DNA of 64,000 nucleotides. It comes from a virus. Both the position numbers and the translations under genes were made by a program. The DNA is taken from IMG/VR virus record IMGVR_UViG_3300023184_000036; one strand, written 5' to 3'. This document shows positions 1-9,710 of the stretch, piece after piece; the first letter of the stretch is position 1; every line of letters begins with the position of its first letter. The notes under the pieces are model-generated. The model did not search any database and was not told the DNA's origin. It saw nothing but the letters and a program-made list of their open reading frames with translations.

Positions 1-1443
1 CATAACAAGGTCATCAGTTTCACCAATCTTCGCTGCATAACTTACACCATGTGCAACAAATGTTTTTAATTCACTAACCAAAATCTTACTGGAAATTTTA
101 ATTTTACCTGTTTCAACCCATAGTTTAAACTTGCTACATGCCGCAATTTTGCTCTTTGGTGTGGTATTAAACCCTTTACGATACCTACGTCCACCACTGC
201 CAGCAGGTTCACTCAAAAAACTACCTGGTATATTTTCTTCACCAAAGTCAGCAACTGCATTAAGTGCAGCTTCGCCAATAGTATTATTTTCTATACTATA
301 ATAGATGTTACCAGGTTCATTTGTAACTTCCTTAATGTATTTGCAGATTTCTGCCATAATTGCTACTTGTTTTTGTATGATTGTTAAATTATGTTGCCAT
401 TCTGCTACTTGGCGCATAGTAGTTGCATTGAAAACTTGAATAGCGGCAGGATCACCACCTGTTCCAAGACTTGGATCAAGTGCTACAATATAGATATGGT
501 CACGTTGTGGTTTTTCATACCAACGCACTTGACCTTGACGTTCAATTGGGTCAATTCCATTTAAATCTAATAATATTCCTGGTGCAATAAGAGTTTCATC
601 ATAAATGACAAATTCACAGTTATGTTCACGGCGAAAACGATCTATACCTACACTAGCCATTTCACGTTCTGCCCAATCACGATCACGTTCAGGATGACGA
701 TCCCATGTAGCAAGAAAAGCACTGAATCCATTACGACCAAGTTTAGTTTCATTGCCATAAGTATCAAATTTTTTGTTTGCTTCTTTCCAAATATCAGCAA
801 ATTGATCTTCATCACTATTAGGTGTAGAAGTAATAATAGCTTTACCACCAGTTGAAAGTGTGGGACTGATTGATGTCCAAAACTCTTTTGCAATTGTAGG
901 TCGTACAAATGCCAACTCGTCACAATAAAGTAGCGAAATACTCATACCACGACCAGTAGTTTCTGTTGTTGTTGCACTTACAATACGTGAACCGTTATCA
1001 AATGCAATACTGCCTTTGTTATAATCTACAACACCAGCACGAATATGATCTGGTGAGTTTTCATAAGCATAACGAATACGCTGCATAATATCTTGCGCAC
1101 CAGTATATTTGTTACTTGCAACCAATATAGTGCTATCAGGTATAAACATTGCATACCATAATAAGTAGCCCGCCGCTAGTGTGGATTTACCCATTTGGCG
1201 ACCTAACATATTGATACTAAATCTATTAGTATGATAATTTTTAAGAAGTTCTTCTTGATAGTCAAATGGTGTAAACTTTAACCTACCACGAGTAGGATGT
1301 TGAATATAGAAGAAATTGCGTAAGAAATAATCTGGTCCTGTATCTGGATCAGCACATAAACTAAACTCTACTAGTTCTTTTTTTGTTAGTTGCATACGTA
1401 TATGCGGTTTACGTATAAGATTAATTTCTGGTTGTTTTGCCAT
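1..1443 (-). CDS. gp17: Terminase large subunit (T4 gp17-like), 3' end outside window
   Basis: Manual translation from ATG at 1443: MAKQPEINL...YQEELL...LGRQMGKST (Walker A)...GRGMSISLLYCDELAF (Walker B)...ITSTPN...; open to window edge. Confidence 0.95.
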   Translation of the reverse strand, partial: MAKQPEINLIRKPHIRMQLTKKELVEFSLCADPDTGPDYFLRNFFYIQHPTRGRLKFTPFDYQEELLKNYHTNRFSINMLGRQMGKSTLAAGYLLWYAMFIPDSTILVASNKYTGAQDIMQRIRYAYENSPDHIRAGVVDYNKGSIAFDNGSRIVSATTTETTGRGMSISLLYCDELAFVRPTIAKEFWTSISPTLSTGGKAIITSTPNSDEDQFADIWKEANKKFDTYGNETKLGRNGFSAFLATWDRHPERDRDWAEREMASVGIDRFRREHNCEFVIYDETLIAPGILLDLNGIDPIERQGQVRWYEKPQRDHIYIVALDPSLGTGGDPAAIQVFNATTMRQVAEWQHNLTIIQKQVAIMAEICKYIKEVTNEPGNIYYSIENNTIGEAALNAVADFGEENIPGSFLSEPAGSGGRRYRKGFNTTPKSKIAACSKFKLWVETGKIKISSKILVSELKTFVAHGVSYAAKIGETDDLVM

Positions 1444-1517
1444 GACAAATATTTATTGACATGTTTATAGTATATTGTATTATTAAAATGTCATAAAAAT
1501 ACTGGTAAATAAAATAT

Positions 1518-2027
1518 ATGTCAGACACACTGATTTTGAATGCTAATTATCAACCACTATCTTGGCTTCCGTTAAGCGTAATTCCATGGCAACAAAGCGT
1601 AAAGTTGCATTTTATGGACCGCATCAAGATTTTGGAATATTATGATGACTGGGAAGTTCATAGTCCAAGTGTAACTATGAAAGTGCCTGCGTTGGCTATT
1701 ACAAAAGACTATCATAGCTTTAATAAAGGTATTCGTTTTAGTCGGCAAAATCTGTATATTCGTGACTTATTTCAATGTCAGTATTGTGCTGAAACTTTTG
1801 ATTATCATGAATTAAACATAGATCATGTTACTCCATTAAGCAAGGGTGGTAAAACAAATTGGGAAAACTGTGTGACAAGTTGTATTCCATGCAATAGTCG
1901 TAAGGCTAATCGTATGCGTAAACCAATTCGTGAACCATTTAAACCTGATTATTGGACATTAAGTGCTCGTCGCAAACAATACACTTATGATTTAAAACAT
2001 CCAAGTTGGCGTGATTACATTAATTAG
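1518..2027 (+). CDS. HNH endonuclease (McrA-like)
   Basis: RDLFQCQYC...NIDHVTPLSKGGKTNWENCVTSCIPCNSRK motif. Confidence 0.92.
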   Translation: MSDTLILNANYQPLSWLPLSVIPWQQSVKLHFMDRIKILEYYDDWEVHSPSVTMKVPALAITKDYHSFNKGIRFSRQNLYIRDLFQCQYCAETFDYHELNIDHVTPLSKGGKTNWENCVTSCIPCNSRKANRMRKPIREPFKPDYWTLSARRKQYTYDLKHPSWRDYIN

Positions 2028-2406
2028 GACGGCGGGTTGGAACATATTTTGCCACTGGACTAACTTGATTTACATCACTATGTTCTGCTTTATTAGTGTA
2101 ATTATGTGATTTTACTGCAGCATGACCACTTGCTTTACTTGCACCTTGCATTGCTAACATATCACCATCACTATAAGGTGCAATAATTAATTTATCACCA
2201 AGTGCAGTTTGGTCATCATAAGCATCTGGTTGTGGTTCGGGACTACGAGCCATAAGAATACCATAACGATACATTCTATAAAAGTTTTGACTGGCATCTG
2301 GGATTATAAAAGCACCAGGAACTTCACGTGCTTCATAATCTTTGTGGTCAGCCGCAAAGTCTTTTTCATAATCTTCTTGTTCAGTTATAAATTCTTTGGC
2401 TCTCAT
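2020..2406 (-). CDS. Putative head/internal protein, paralog family A
   Basis: MRAKEFITE N-terminus; YRMYR..MA..P and N..SPV motifs shared with 3666-4025 and 4022-4375. Confidence 0.6.
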   Translation of the reverse strand: MRAKEFITEQEDYEKDFAADHKDYEAREVPGAFIIPDASQNFYRMYRYGILMARSPEPQPDAYDDQTALGDKLIIAPYSDGDMLAMQGASKASGHAAVKSHNYTNKAEHSDVNQVSPVAKYVPTRRPN

Positions 2407-3496
2407 TATATCTATTTACCAAAAGTTCAGTGCATTGTTTCTTTACAAAATCATCAAAGGGAAAATTCATAAGGTGGTTAAAATTATGCTCTACTATAGG
2501 TTTTATTTTTTCTAAAACATATTCTTGTGGTAAATTTAATAACTGTTCTACGCAGTTCCATGCTTTTTCATATCGCTGTTCATTGTCTTGAACTAAATCA
2601 TAAGATTCATCTATTATGCTATCAAATGTTTTAAAACCCAATTCTCGTAGTGAACGTAAAAAGTATTGCCCACTGAATATAATAAAAAGTCGCTTTCCCA
2701 AAATTGGTTTAGCAGTTTTCTCTGTTGGAAAACTTACACCATTTTTGTAACCAGTTTCTGTTACTATTGTATAAGCAGATTTATTGTATACTCCAAAAGG
2801 AATTACATGAGCAATCCATACAGGTTTATCATAATAAGTTATAGGATTACTACTCATTAGCTTTGAATAATTATTTTTATTTTCAATATACTGACTATAA
2901 TCTACGTCATCATCTCTATACCAGGATTCACTTGTAATATCGTTTAGGTAGCTTGTTATAATTCTATCTTGTAAATTATTCTCGGTAATTTTTTTATAAA
3001 CAAAATCTCTATGAAATCGCTGTGATCCTAGCAGTGCATCAAATGTAAAAGGTTTAGGGGATAATGGATTTAGTTCATCTAACTTAAATTTTAAATCTTT
3101 ATAGATTCTAACACATTGTTCTAACCAACTTAAATTAGTAGAAGACTTGAGTTTAAACAATTCATGATTAATTATTCCGCCTGTCATAGCAAATATTTTT
3201 GGATTTCCCAAAACTCGTGAGTATATATTTTTATCACCGCAAGTATTAAATTGGTAATCATGTAATTCTTCATTCCAAATCAACAATAAATCACAGTTAT
3301 TTGCCAAATCAGTGTATTCAATGATTTTTTCTTTTATATTACGATCTATATTACTATAAAAAATACTTTCACGTTTTATTAGTATTCTAAATGATTTTGA
3401 ATTTATAAATCTATCCCAATCATAACATTGTTCATAATCAAAGGTAAAAATTTTATTGAAAAAATCTAATCCATAAACAATAATATCTAAAGTCAT
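2381..3496 (-). CDS. AT-rich hypothetical, possible glycosyltransferase-like (GT10-like C-terminus)
   Basis: 371 aa ORF; IVTET...PTEKTAKPILGKRLFII...LRELGFKTFDSIIDESYD motif. Confidence 0.45.
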   Translation of the reverse strand: MTLDIIVYGLDFFNKIFTFDYEQCYDWDRFINSKSFRILIKRESIFYSNIDRNIKEKIIEYTDLANNCDLLLIWNEELHDYQFNTCGDKNIYSRVLGNPKIFAMTGGIINHELFKLKSSTNLSWLEQCVRIYKDLKFKLDELNPLSPKPFTFDALLGSQRFHRDFVYKKITENNLQDRIITSYLNDITSESWYRDDDVDYSQYIENKNNYSKLMSSNPITYYDKPVWIAHVIPFGVYNKSAYTIVTETGYKNGVSFPTEKTAKPILGKRLFIIFSGQYFLRSLRELGFKTFDSIIDESYDLVQDNEQRYEKAWNCVEQLLNLPQEYVLEKIKPIVEHNFNHLMNFPFDDFVKKQCTELLVNRYNESQRIYN

Positions 3497-3669
3497 TTTT
3501 TCTTTGGGGGTTTTTCATGAGTTAAAAATGGTCTTGCAAACCATAACTTAAACCAATCTTCTGTTCCTGGTTTTATTTTTTCACGTTTTTCACGATCATG
3601 CAAATGAGTTCCATGCTTACTTGTAGCATATCCAAGACTTTTATCATCACCAAATTCTTGATATCTCAT
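3493..3669 (-). CDS. Small phage protein, 58 aa (not in ORF track)
   Basis: MRYQEFGDDK...IKPGTEDWFKLWFARPFLTHEKPPKKK; ATGA overlaps with both neighbours. Confidence 0.75.
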   Translation of the reverse strand: MRYQEFGDDKSLGYATSKHGTHLHDREKREKIKPGTEDWFKLWFARPFLTHEKPPKKK

Positions 3670-4025
3670 TTTCTTTTATATTTGCCACTATTAAAAGGCA
3701 CTGGACTTGTTTTATTAATTTGAGGCATTTCGCTGCTATCTTTTGTCGTGAGTTCTTTACTTGTATATCCCATATTTTTACCAGCCTTAATAGCAATTTC
3801 TTCATCTGCTGGTGTATAACTTATTGTAACCATATTTGGTCCTGTTGGACCATTTTTAGGCATATCATTATCGGGACAACCTGCCATTGCTACTAACATT
3901 CTATACATATCGTATGGATTACCGTTACTTAATTGAGGCCAAACACGTGCACCTGGTATACCAAATATTGCATTTTTAGGTAATTTACTATGACCAAGAG
4001 ATTCTATTATTTCTTTAAATCTCAT
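3666..4025 (-). CDS. Putative head/internal protein, paralog family A
   Basis: MRFKEIIE; YDMYRMLVAMAGCP; INKTSPVP. Confidence 0.6.
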   Translation of the reverse strand: MRFKEIIESLGHSKLPKNAIFGIPGARVWPQLSNGNPYDMYRMLVAMAGCPDNDMPKNGPTGPNMVTISYTPADEEIAIKAGKNMGYTSKELTTKDSSEMPQINKTSPVPFNSGKYKRK

Positions 4026-4375
4026 TTTTTTCTCCTTGCTCCGCTATTGTGCGGAACAGGACTAACTTTGTTATTAGAATCTGGTTCACGACCTTTTTCT
4101 TTTGTAATCCAATTACTTTTATAACCAAGACCTTTTAGTGCATTATTCAACATATCCATTTCTTGTGGACTATAAGCTGCTGCAAGTGGTTGATCACGGA
4201 AATGTTCATGCTCATGTGGTGCTTTGTGATGTGGATGTGCGGCAACAACTGTCATAAAGCGATAATAATCATAACCTGAATCCATATCAGGATATACCAA
4301 ACTTGGTGGCATAGTGCTAACATGCTCACCATGCGTTTTAGCTTTACCTTCAATTACAAATTCTGCGGCTCTCAT
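4022..4375 (-). CDS. Putative head/internal protein, paralog family A
   Basis: MRAAEFVIE; YDYYRFMTVVAAHP; NNKVSPVP; late promoter motif at 4381-4387. Confidence 0.6.
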   Translation of the reverse strand: MRAAEFVIEGKAKTHGEHVSTMPPSLVYPDMDSGYDYYRFMTVVAAHPHHKAPHEHEHFRDQPLAAAYSPQEMDMLNNALKGLGYKSNWITKEKGREPDSNNKVSPVPHNSGARRKK

Positions 4376-4394
4376 AAAGATATTTATGAGAAAA

Positions 4395-4985
4395 TTACTT
4401 CTTTACAGGAAGTATCCAATAATTTGCAGTTTCGTTATCTCTACTGCAATCTACACCTTCAAGAAACAATTTACTACGCTTTGCATCTGTTCTCTTAAAT
4501 GTGCATTCAAATGTTACACGTGCTTCTGTTGCACTTGGATTAATTGCAATAACAGTAACTTCACTTTCTGGAAGTTGGTCTGTTTCTACAAGACTTGCAA
4601 CAGCATGACGTAGCTTGTAACCTTGCTCAACCATTGTTTCATTAATCTTGTTTGCTTTTGCAATATTACGAACAAAATCTTGTGTAATACCAGCAGCTTC
4701 CATTGGTGGTTGATGTAGGAATGATTTTTGAACTTTTTCACCATCACGTTCAAATGTAAGAACAAACTCTGCCATATGTTGTGCTACACCTTCACTTAAA
4801 AGATGATGTCGGTCAAGCATGTTCCATGCTGCATTATCAAGGTATAATTTAATACTATTATCAGTATGTTCAACAACACTTGCTTGAACACTGCGTAAAC
4901 TATCAATTTCAATGTTTACTATATCACCAGTTACTGGTGCATTATTTGCTCTTTCTACTGATTTTAAGTAATCACGAAAATTCAT
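4395..4985 (-). CDS. Hypothetical protein (probable virion)
   Basis: 196 aa ORF with RBS, in late operon. Confidence 0.7.
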   Translation of the reverse strand: MNFRDYLKSVERANNAPVTGDIVNIEIDSLRSVQASVVEHTDNSIKLYLDNAAWNMLDRHHLLSEGVAQHMAEFVLTFERDGEKVQKSFLHQPPMEAAGITQDFVRNIAKANKINETMVEQGYKLRHAVASLVETDQLPESEVTVIAINPSATEARVTFECTFKRTDAKRSKLFLEGVDCSRDNETANYWILPVKK

Positions 4986-4994
4986 AATAATTCC

Positions 4995-5618
4995 TTAATC
5001 AAAATCTACTGCAACGTGTGTTGGATTATCGCCACCCGCAACCTTTGGATAAGTTCCTTTAGGTCTTGCTAAATCTGTTCCACTTGGAACTGCTGCACGT
5101 GTTGGTTTTACAATTTCATGTGGACTATTTGTATAAGGACGATTGGTAGCGTCATCCATAGTAATACTTGTTTCATCACCCATAGGATTCATTGGTAGTT
5201 GAGAACCTACTGCTGCAATAGGTGCGGCAATTGTAGCTACTGCTGGTGTATTATCAGCAGCCATAGTCATACTTGTTTCTGCATTAATCATACCAGCAAG
5301 TTTAAGAATTTGACCAAGCACAGCATCTTCGCCACTTAAATCAATCTTAACACCTTCGGAAACTGGAATACCGTTTAGCTTTGAAACACTGCTTATAGCA
5401 CGACCCACTTCTTCTGGACTACGATTACTGATTTCACCCAACTTTGCTAAAACATCAAACATTTGTGCGCTATTTGCTGCACGTGATGCTGTAACACCTT
5501 CTCTTACTGCACCAGTGTGTGGTGTTAGTTTATTTGCATTATCAATAGCACGACCAATATCTTCGGGGCTACGGTGTGAGATTTGTTCAAGTCTCTTTAA
5601 TACGTCAATCATTTCCAT
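4995..5618 (-). CDS. Hypothetical protein with N-terminal duplicated ~30 aa motif
   Basis: MIDVLKRLEQISHRSPEDIGRAI / MFDVLAKLGEISNRSPEEVGRAI. Confidence 0.7.
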   Translation of the reverse strand: MEMIDVLKRLEQISHRSPEDIGRAIDNANKLTPHTGAVREGVTASRAANSAQMFDVLAKLGEISNRSPEEVGRAISSVSKLNGIPVSEGVKIDLSGEDAVLGQILKLAGMINAETSMTMAADNTPAVATIAAPIAAVGSQLPMNPMGDETSITMDDATNRPYTNSPHEIVKPTRAAVPSGTDLARPKGTYPKVAGGDNPTHVAVDFD

Positions 5619-5620
5619 AA

Positions 5621-6190
5621 TTATGCTCTCCCCGTTCTTGGGCGTTCTGGTAATTTATTTTTTGTTGTTCCAACTGGGCTTGTGTTGGATTGTGGAATAT
5701 CATTTGTAGTTTTACCTACTTCTGGCTTTACTGCAAACTGATGTTCAATAGTCTTAACTTTTAATGCATTTGCAAGGTCAGCAAGCAATTGTGGTGCTTT
5801 CTGTGTAGGAAGTGGTGTGTCAAGAATTGCACGACCTTCTGCCTCTGGAGCAATAGGTGCGGCAAGAACTTCTTGATTTGGTGTTACAACCATAATACGA
5901 GATAAAGAAATACCAGTTGCTTCATGAATTGCTGCTTGCATTTCTAATGGACTTATTGGATAATTTACAACCATATCAATGATATAAAGATCGGTTGCCT
6001 TTAAGTGACCAAATCCTGTGTGATCTTCACTGACTGGCAAACGCTTTGGTTCACTTATTGCTTCAAGATTCCACCGAGCAAGAACCTTTTGAAGTTTGTC
6101 TAATTCTTCTTTTGTAGGTTCCTGTGCTAATTTAGCACGGAAACCATACTTCTTTTCATGGTCTAACAAATACTGAATATAGGGTTTCAT
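5621..6190 (-). CDS. Hypothetical protein
   Basis: 189 aa ORF in operon. Confidence 0.7.
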   Translation of the reverse strand: MKPYIQYLLDHEKKYGFRAKLAQEPTKEELDKLQKVLARWNLEAISEPKRLPVSEDHTGFGHLKATDLYIIDMVVNYPISPLEMQAAIHEATGISLSRIMVVTPNQEVLAAPIAPEAEGRAILDTPLPTQKAPQLLADLANALKVKTIEHQFAVKPEVGKTTNDIPQSNTSPVGTTKNKLPERPRTGRA

Positions 6191-6211
6191 TTCCTAATAC
6201 CTTTTAGATAT

Positions 6212-6637
6212 TTATTGTTTTCGGAAGGATTTTAGAAGTTCGTTTCTGTCGAAAACTTGTGCCTCTATAGTTTCTGGCTCATCACCCTTATCTTTACCCA
6301 TATCAAACTTTAACTTCTGTGCTTTAAGGGCAAGTTCAGTTTGTTTTAGCTTCTTTTGAACTTTACCAAGTTTGGCAGTAACAGCAGTTGCCAACATTTT
6401 AGCACTTGCTTCAAATATAGGTGCACTAAATCTAGCTTCAACATTCATACCAAGACTCTGTAGATTTTCAAAACTTTCAACTGCTTTATCAACTAATTCA
6501 TCCAATTCTTTATCCATTGCATCTTCTGGTTGCTCTGGAATAGCACTTTCAAGTTGATGCGCAGTTTCGATTGCTTCTGCAACTTCTTTACTTGGTGCTG
6601 GTGGTAAGTCAAATAGTTCTTCAAGTTTTTGAGTCAT
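6212..6637 (-). CDS. Putative terminase small subunit
   Basis: Helical acidic 141 aa protein next to head completion gene; function inferred from size and context. Confidence 0.45.
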   Translation of the reverse strand: MTQKLEELFDLPPAPSKEVAEAIETAHQLESAIPEQPEDAMDKELDELVDKAVESFENLQSLGMNVEARFSAPIFEASAKMLATAVTAKLGKVQKKLKQTELALKAQKLKFDMGKDKGDEPETIEAQVFDRNELLKSFRKQ

Positions 6638-6645
6638 ACTATAAT

Positions 6646-7086
6646 TTATCTTTTTGCTTTTTTTGTATTTGTAAACATATCATGTTCTGTTATAACTCTA
6701 AAACTTATTCCATTACGTTTACAAAATTCTTTAGCTGCTTCCCATTTTGCTTGATTTACTACTGCTTGAATTTGATTTTTTGTGGATCGACCAGCAGCTT
6801 CTAATGTAGTTTCTTTATGGGGTTTAATTTCTACTAACTCGCCTTTACGATTACCACTTGCATCTTCATAAATTATAAAAAAATCTGGAACATAACTTTT
6901 TACTTTTTTAGCTACAGGATTTTCATATTTTATACTAATGCTTTCACTTGCCCATTGTTTTACACTTGGGTGAGTGTCTAAAAAATTCATAAATCGCAAC
7001 TCCCAACTGCTGCGATATTTTATACTACCACGACCAATATATTTTTCTGGATTTGTTGGAATGAAAAATCCTTGGCTAAACTTCAT
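6646..7086 (-). CDS. gp4: Head completion nuclease (T4 gp4 / TnsA-like)
   Basis: PTNPEKYIG, YRSSWE, WASE, YVPDF, VEIKP, NQAKWEAA motifs. Confidence 0.9.
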   Translation of the reverse strand: MKFSQGFFIPTNPEKYIGRGSIKYRSSWELRFMNFLDTHPSVKQWASESISIKYENPVAKKVKSYVPDFFIIYEDASGNRKGELVEIKPHKETTLEAAGRSTKNQIQAVVNQAKWEAAKEFCKRNGISFRVITEHDMFTNTKKAKR

Positions 7087-7439
7087 GGTATAATATTTCG
7101 TGCTACACTTGGTGCTATTGTTGTATTTTTATTATAACCAAGTTTGCTTGTTGCGCCTTTTGCATTATTAAAAAAGCTAATTAATAAATTTTTTGTATTA
7201 TTACTTGTGGGATTTGTTTGAAATTGCTTAATGATATCAAGGGGTTCTAATTTATTATTATAACTTAATGTGATAACGCTTTGTGCCAGTGAACTTGCGG
7301 CATCAACACTTTGGGTTAAACCATAAAAATATCCAAATACTTGACCCCATAGTGCTTCACTTACTTGAATAGGTTGACTAAAATAGCCATTAAAAAATAC
7401 TTGGGTATCAGTTTGCTGATTATAAGGTATATTTGCCAT
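7083..7439 (-). CDS. Hypothetical protein
   Basis: 118 aa ORF in tail operon. Confidence 0.7.
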   Translation of the reverse strand: MANIPYNQQTDTQVFFNGYFSQPIQVSEALWGQVFGYFYGLTQSVDAASSLAQSVITLSYNNKLEPLDIIKQFQTNPTSNNTKNLLISFFNNAKGATSKLGYNKNTTIAPSVARNIIP

Positions 7440-7447
7440 AAAATTAT

Positions 7448-8959
7448 TTATTGGTTTGTAGTTGAAGTTATTTTGTTATTTTGAATATAATTTTTTGCAA
7501 GTGGAACTAAATTAAAACCAGGAGGAACATTTAATTTACTAATATGACTGCTTGCCAGTGTAATATCACTATCAGTATATCCTTGTTTTTTTAATGTTTG
7601 AATCCAGTCGTCACTATTATAAACAGCATTTGGTGGACTTGTTGGGTCAGCAAAACTTATGCTACTTGGAACATAATTTGGTTGACCATAGTTTACATCA
7701 CCAATGCTTGCAACACTATTTGGATTATCAATATATTGCTGTGCTATTACTGCTTTTGCAGTTTCAGTATTACTAAAACCACCATAACTAGCTAATGTTG
7801 ATGTTGGAACAGTAGCAATGAAATTAGATGCATCATTAACTTGTTGAGCACTATATCCTTGATTCCATAGTGTAGTTTGCCAACTATTTGTTTCAAATGG
7901 ATTTGTTGGAACAAAGCTACGTGAAGTATCTATACTTTGTGTATTTGTATCAATATCACTTGGTCTTGGTGGTGGCAGTGGAACTGCTATTGCTACAGGC
8001 GCAACACTTGTATCAGCTAATGGAAATTCTGTATTTGCATTAGTTTGATTCAAGTCATTATTTTGAATGATAGCATTAATTTCTTCGGGGCTAAAACCTT
8101 GATTTGCAGTTGGATTATAATATGTTCCTTGATCTACAAATCCGAATGAACCTCTTTGTTGTTGGTAATATTGTCCACGATTTACAAACTCACTGCCTTG
8201 TTGTTCAAGTTGTCCAGTTACTGGATTTATAAAATTATTTCTGCCTAAAATACCACTCAACGGACTTAATGAATTATCATAATATGCTGTTTCATTAAAT
8301 CCTGGCATGTCCCGAACATAACCACCTTCATAGGTTACTCCATTATAACGAACTTGCATAGTGGCTTCCATTAAACTATCGCTTGCGCTATAATCATGTG
8401 TATCGTGTTGAAAACTTGTAATTACAGGACTCATAAGAGTTATCTTATTTGCTTGACCACTTTGCATGCTATATATTTCAATTGCACTTAAAAATGGTGT
8501 TAAACTTCCATTATCTAGACCCCAAGCACTATGCAGTCTTTGTTGATAACGATCATCATAGTTGTAATCATTTAAACTATATAGTCCATCAGCATAATAA
8601 TAGTTGTAATAATCTTGCCATAATTCACGTAAACCATTTTGGTTATCATCATGAAATTTGATAGTTACTGGATCATATTTTATACGATCTTGGATATAAG
8701 TGTGTTTATTATATTGGTTTAAGTCTTTTACATCTATAGTAAATCTTGGTAAGTCAATACTTTTTACAAGATAGCCAATTTCACGTGTAGAAACATGTCG
8801 TGGAACGCCTTGACCCAAAATAAAATTAACATAAAAAAGAAATTTATACTTTGGACTACGACTAAAGTTACTAGTTCTAAAAATTTGAGCGGCGTGTGCA
8901 TAATCATGAACATCACCGCCGCCCAATAAACTATTTAAAAAGCCCCATAAACTAGCCAT
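7448..8959 (-). CDS. Tail tube-like / baseplate tube initiator protein
   Basis: N-terminal tube fold (VKSIDLPRF...NQYN...YDPVTIKFHDD) adjacent to tail tube gene. Confidence 0.65.
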   Translation of the reverse strand: MASLWGFLNSLLGGGDVHDYAHAAQIFRTSNFSRSPKYKFLFYVNFILGQGVPRHVSTREIGYLVKSIDLPRFTIDVKDLNQYNKHTYIQDRIKYDPVTIKFHDDNQNGLRELWQDYYNYYYADGLYSLNDYNYDDRYQQRLHSAWGLDNGSLTPFLSAIEIYSMQSGQANKITLMSPVITSFQHDTHDYSASDSLMEATMQVRYNGVTYEGGYVRDMPGFNETAYYDNSLSPLSGILGRNNFINPVTGQLEQQGSEFVNRGQYYQQQRGSFGFVDQGTYYNPTANQGFSPEEINAIIQNNDLNQTNANTEFPLADTSVAPVAIAVPLPPPRPSDIDTNTQSIDTSRSFVPTNPFETNSWQTTLWNQGYSAQQVNDASNFIATVPTSTLASYGGFSNTETAKAVIAQQYIDNPNSVASIGDVNYGQPNYVPSSISFADPTSPPNAVYNSDDWIQTLKKQGYTDSDITLASSHISKLNVPPGFNLVPLAKNYIQNNKITSTTNQ

Positions 8960-8970
8960 TGGCTAAATCC

Positions 8971-9594
8971 TTAGCCAGAAATACTGGCCCCACTGGTTCT
9001 TGTCACAGCCTTACCAACTCCATTACTAGTTGGAATTTGAAGTGCATTATCATAACGAATGGTCAATGTAATAGTTGCTGGATCATTGCTATTATAATCA
9101 AAGTTGTTATAATTTACTTCTGCCAAGAAGCAACCATACAATTGCCAAGTTTCAAGTGTAGTTGGACCGTTTTGACCATTGCCACCATCAAGTGCTTCAA
9201 ATTGTGTAGTAAACTTATAATCAATACCACTAACTGCACTTGTTTGTTCAGCAAAATCAAATTGCTTTTGGATTTGCTCACCAACAAGAACACGCACGCT
9301 GCCATTGGCATCATCACGAAGGTTAACAGTAACCTGTTGCCACTCAGGACGACCTTGTAGGTACATTCTGCTGTTATAAACTGGAATTTCAATTTGATTA
9401 AAGTTTACATTTGGACGTGTAAAATCCATAACTTGCTTTGTAAGTTCTGTAGTTGGGTTTGTGACGCCAAAATTCAAGAATGTAACTCTAAAGCGGTATT
9501 TTAGCAAAGGCATTAATAAGCCTTGATTGCCCGCACTCTGGTCACTATTACTAGCAACAGGAACCGTCATGTTGAGTAATGATGCAACTGCCAT
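8971..9594 (-). CDS. gp19: Tail tube protein (gp19-like)
   Basis: KYRFRVTF...RPEWQQVTVNLRDD...ETWQLYGCF...TLTIRYDNA; follows sheath. Confidence 0.9.
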   Translation of the reverse strand: MAVASLLNMTVPVASNSDQSAGNQGLLMPLLKYRFRVTFLNFGVTNPTTELTKQVMDFTRPNVNFNQIEIPVYNSRMYLQGRPEWQQVTVNLRDDANGSVRVLVGEQIQKQFDFAEQTSAVSGIDYKFTTQFEALDGGNGQNGPTTLETWQLYGCFLAEVNYNNFDYNSNDPATITLTIRYDNALQIPTSNGVGKAVTRTSGASISG

Positions 9595-9651
9595 CTGTAT
9601 CTCCTATTAAAAGTATTTATAACAATTAGAATACTTTTTAAGGGGGGTATA

Positions 9652-9682
9652 AAACAAAAAAGCCGCCTATAAAGGCGGCTTC
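9652..9682 (-). terminator. Intrinsic terminator after tail sheath
   Basis: AAGCCGCCT-ATAA-AGGCGGCTT hairpin with U tract on minus strand. Confidence 0.75.
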
Positions 9683-9710
9683 TTGTATTTTTTTATTTTA
9701 ATGTATAATA

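Noticed and set aside
622-923. Short ORFs 622-855 and 648-923 in the track
   Set aside because: Shadows of the terminase gene, which the track missed because it runs off the window.
1518-2027. HNH as an intron- or intein-associated homing element
   Set aside because: Free-standing, divergent from terminase, and the visible terminase frame is uninterrupted.
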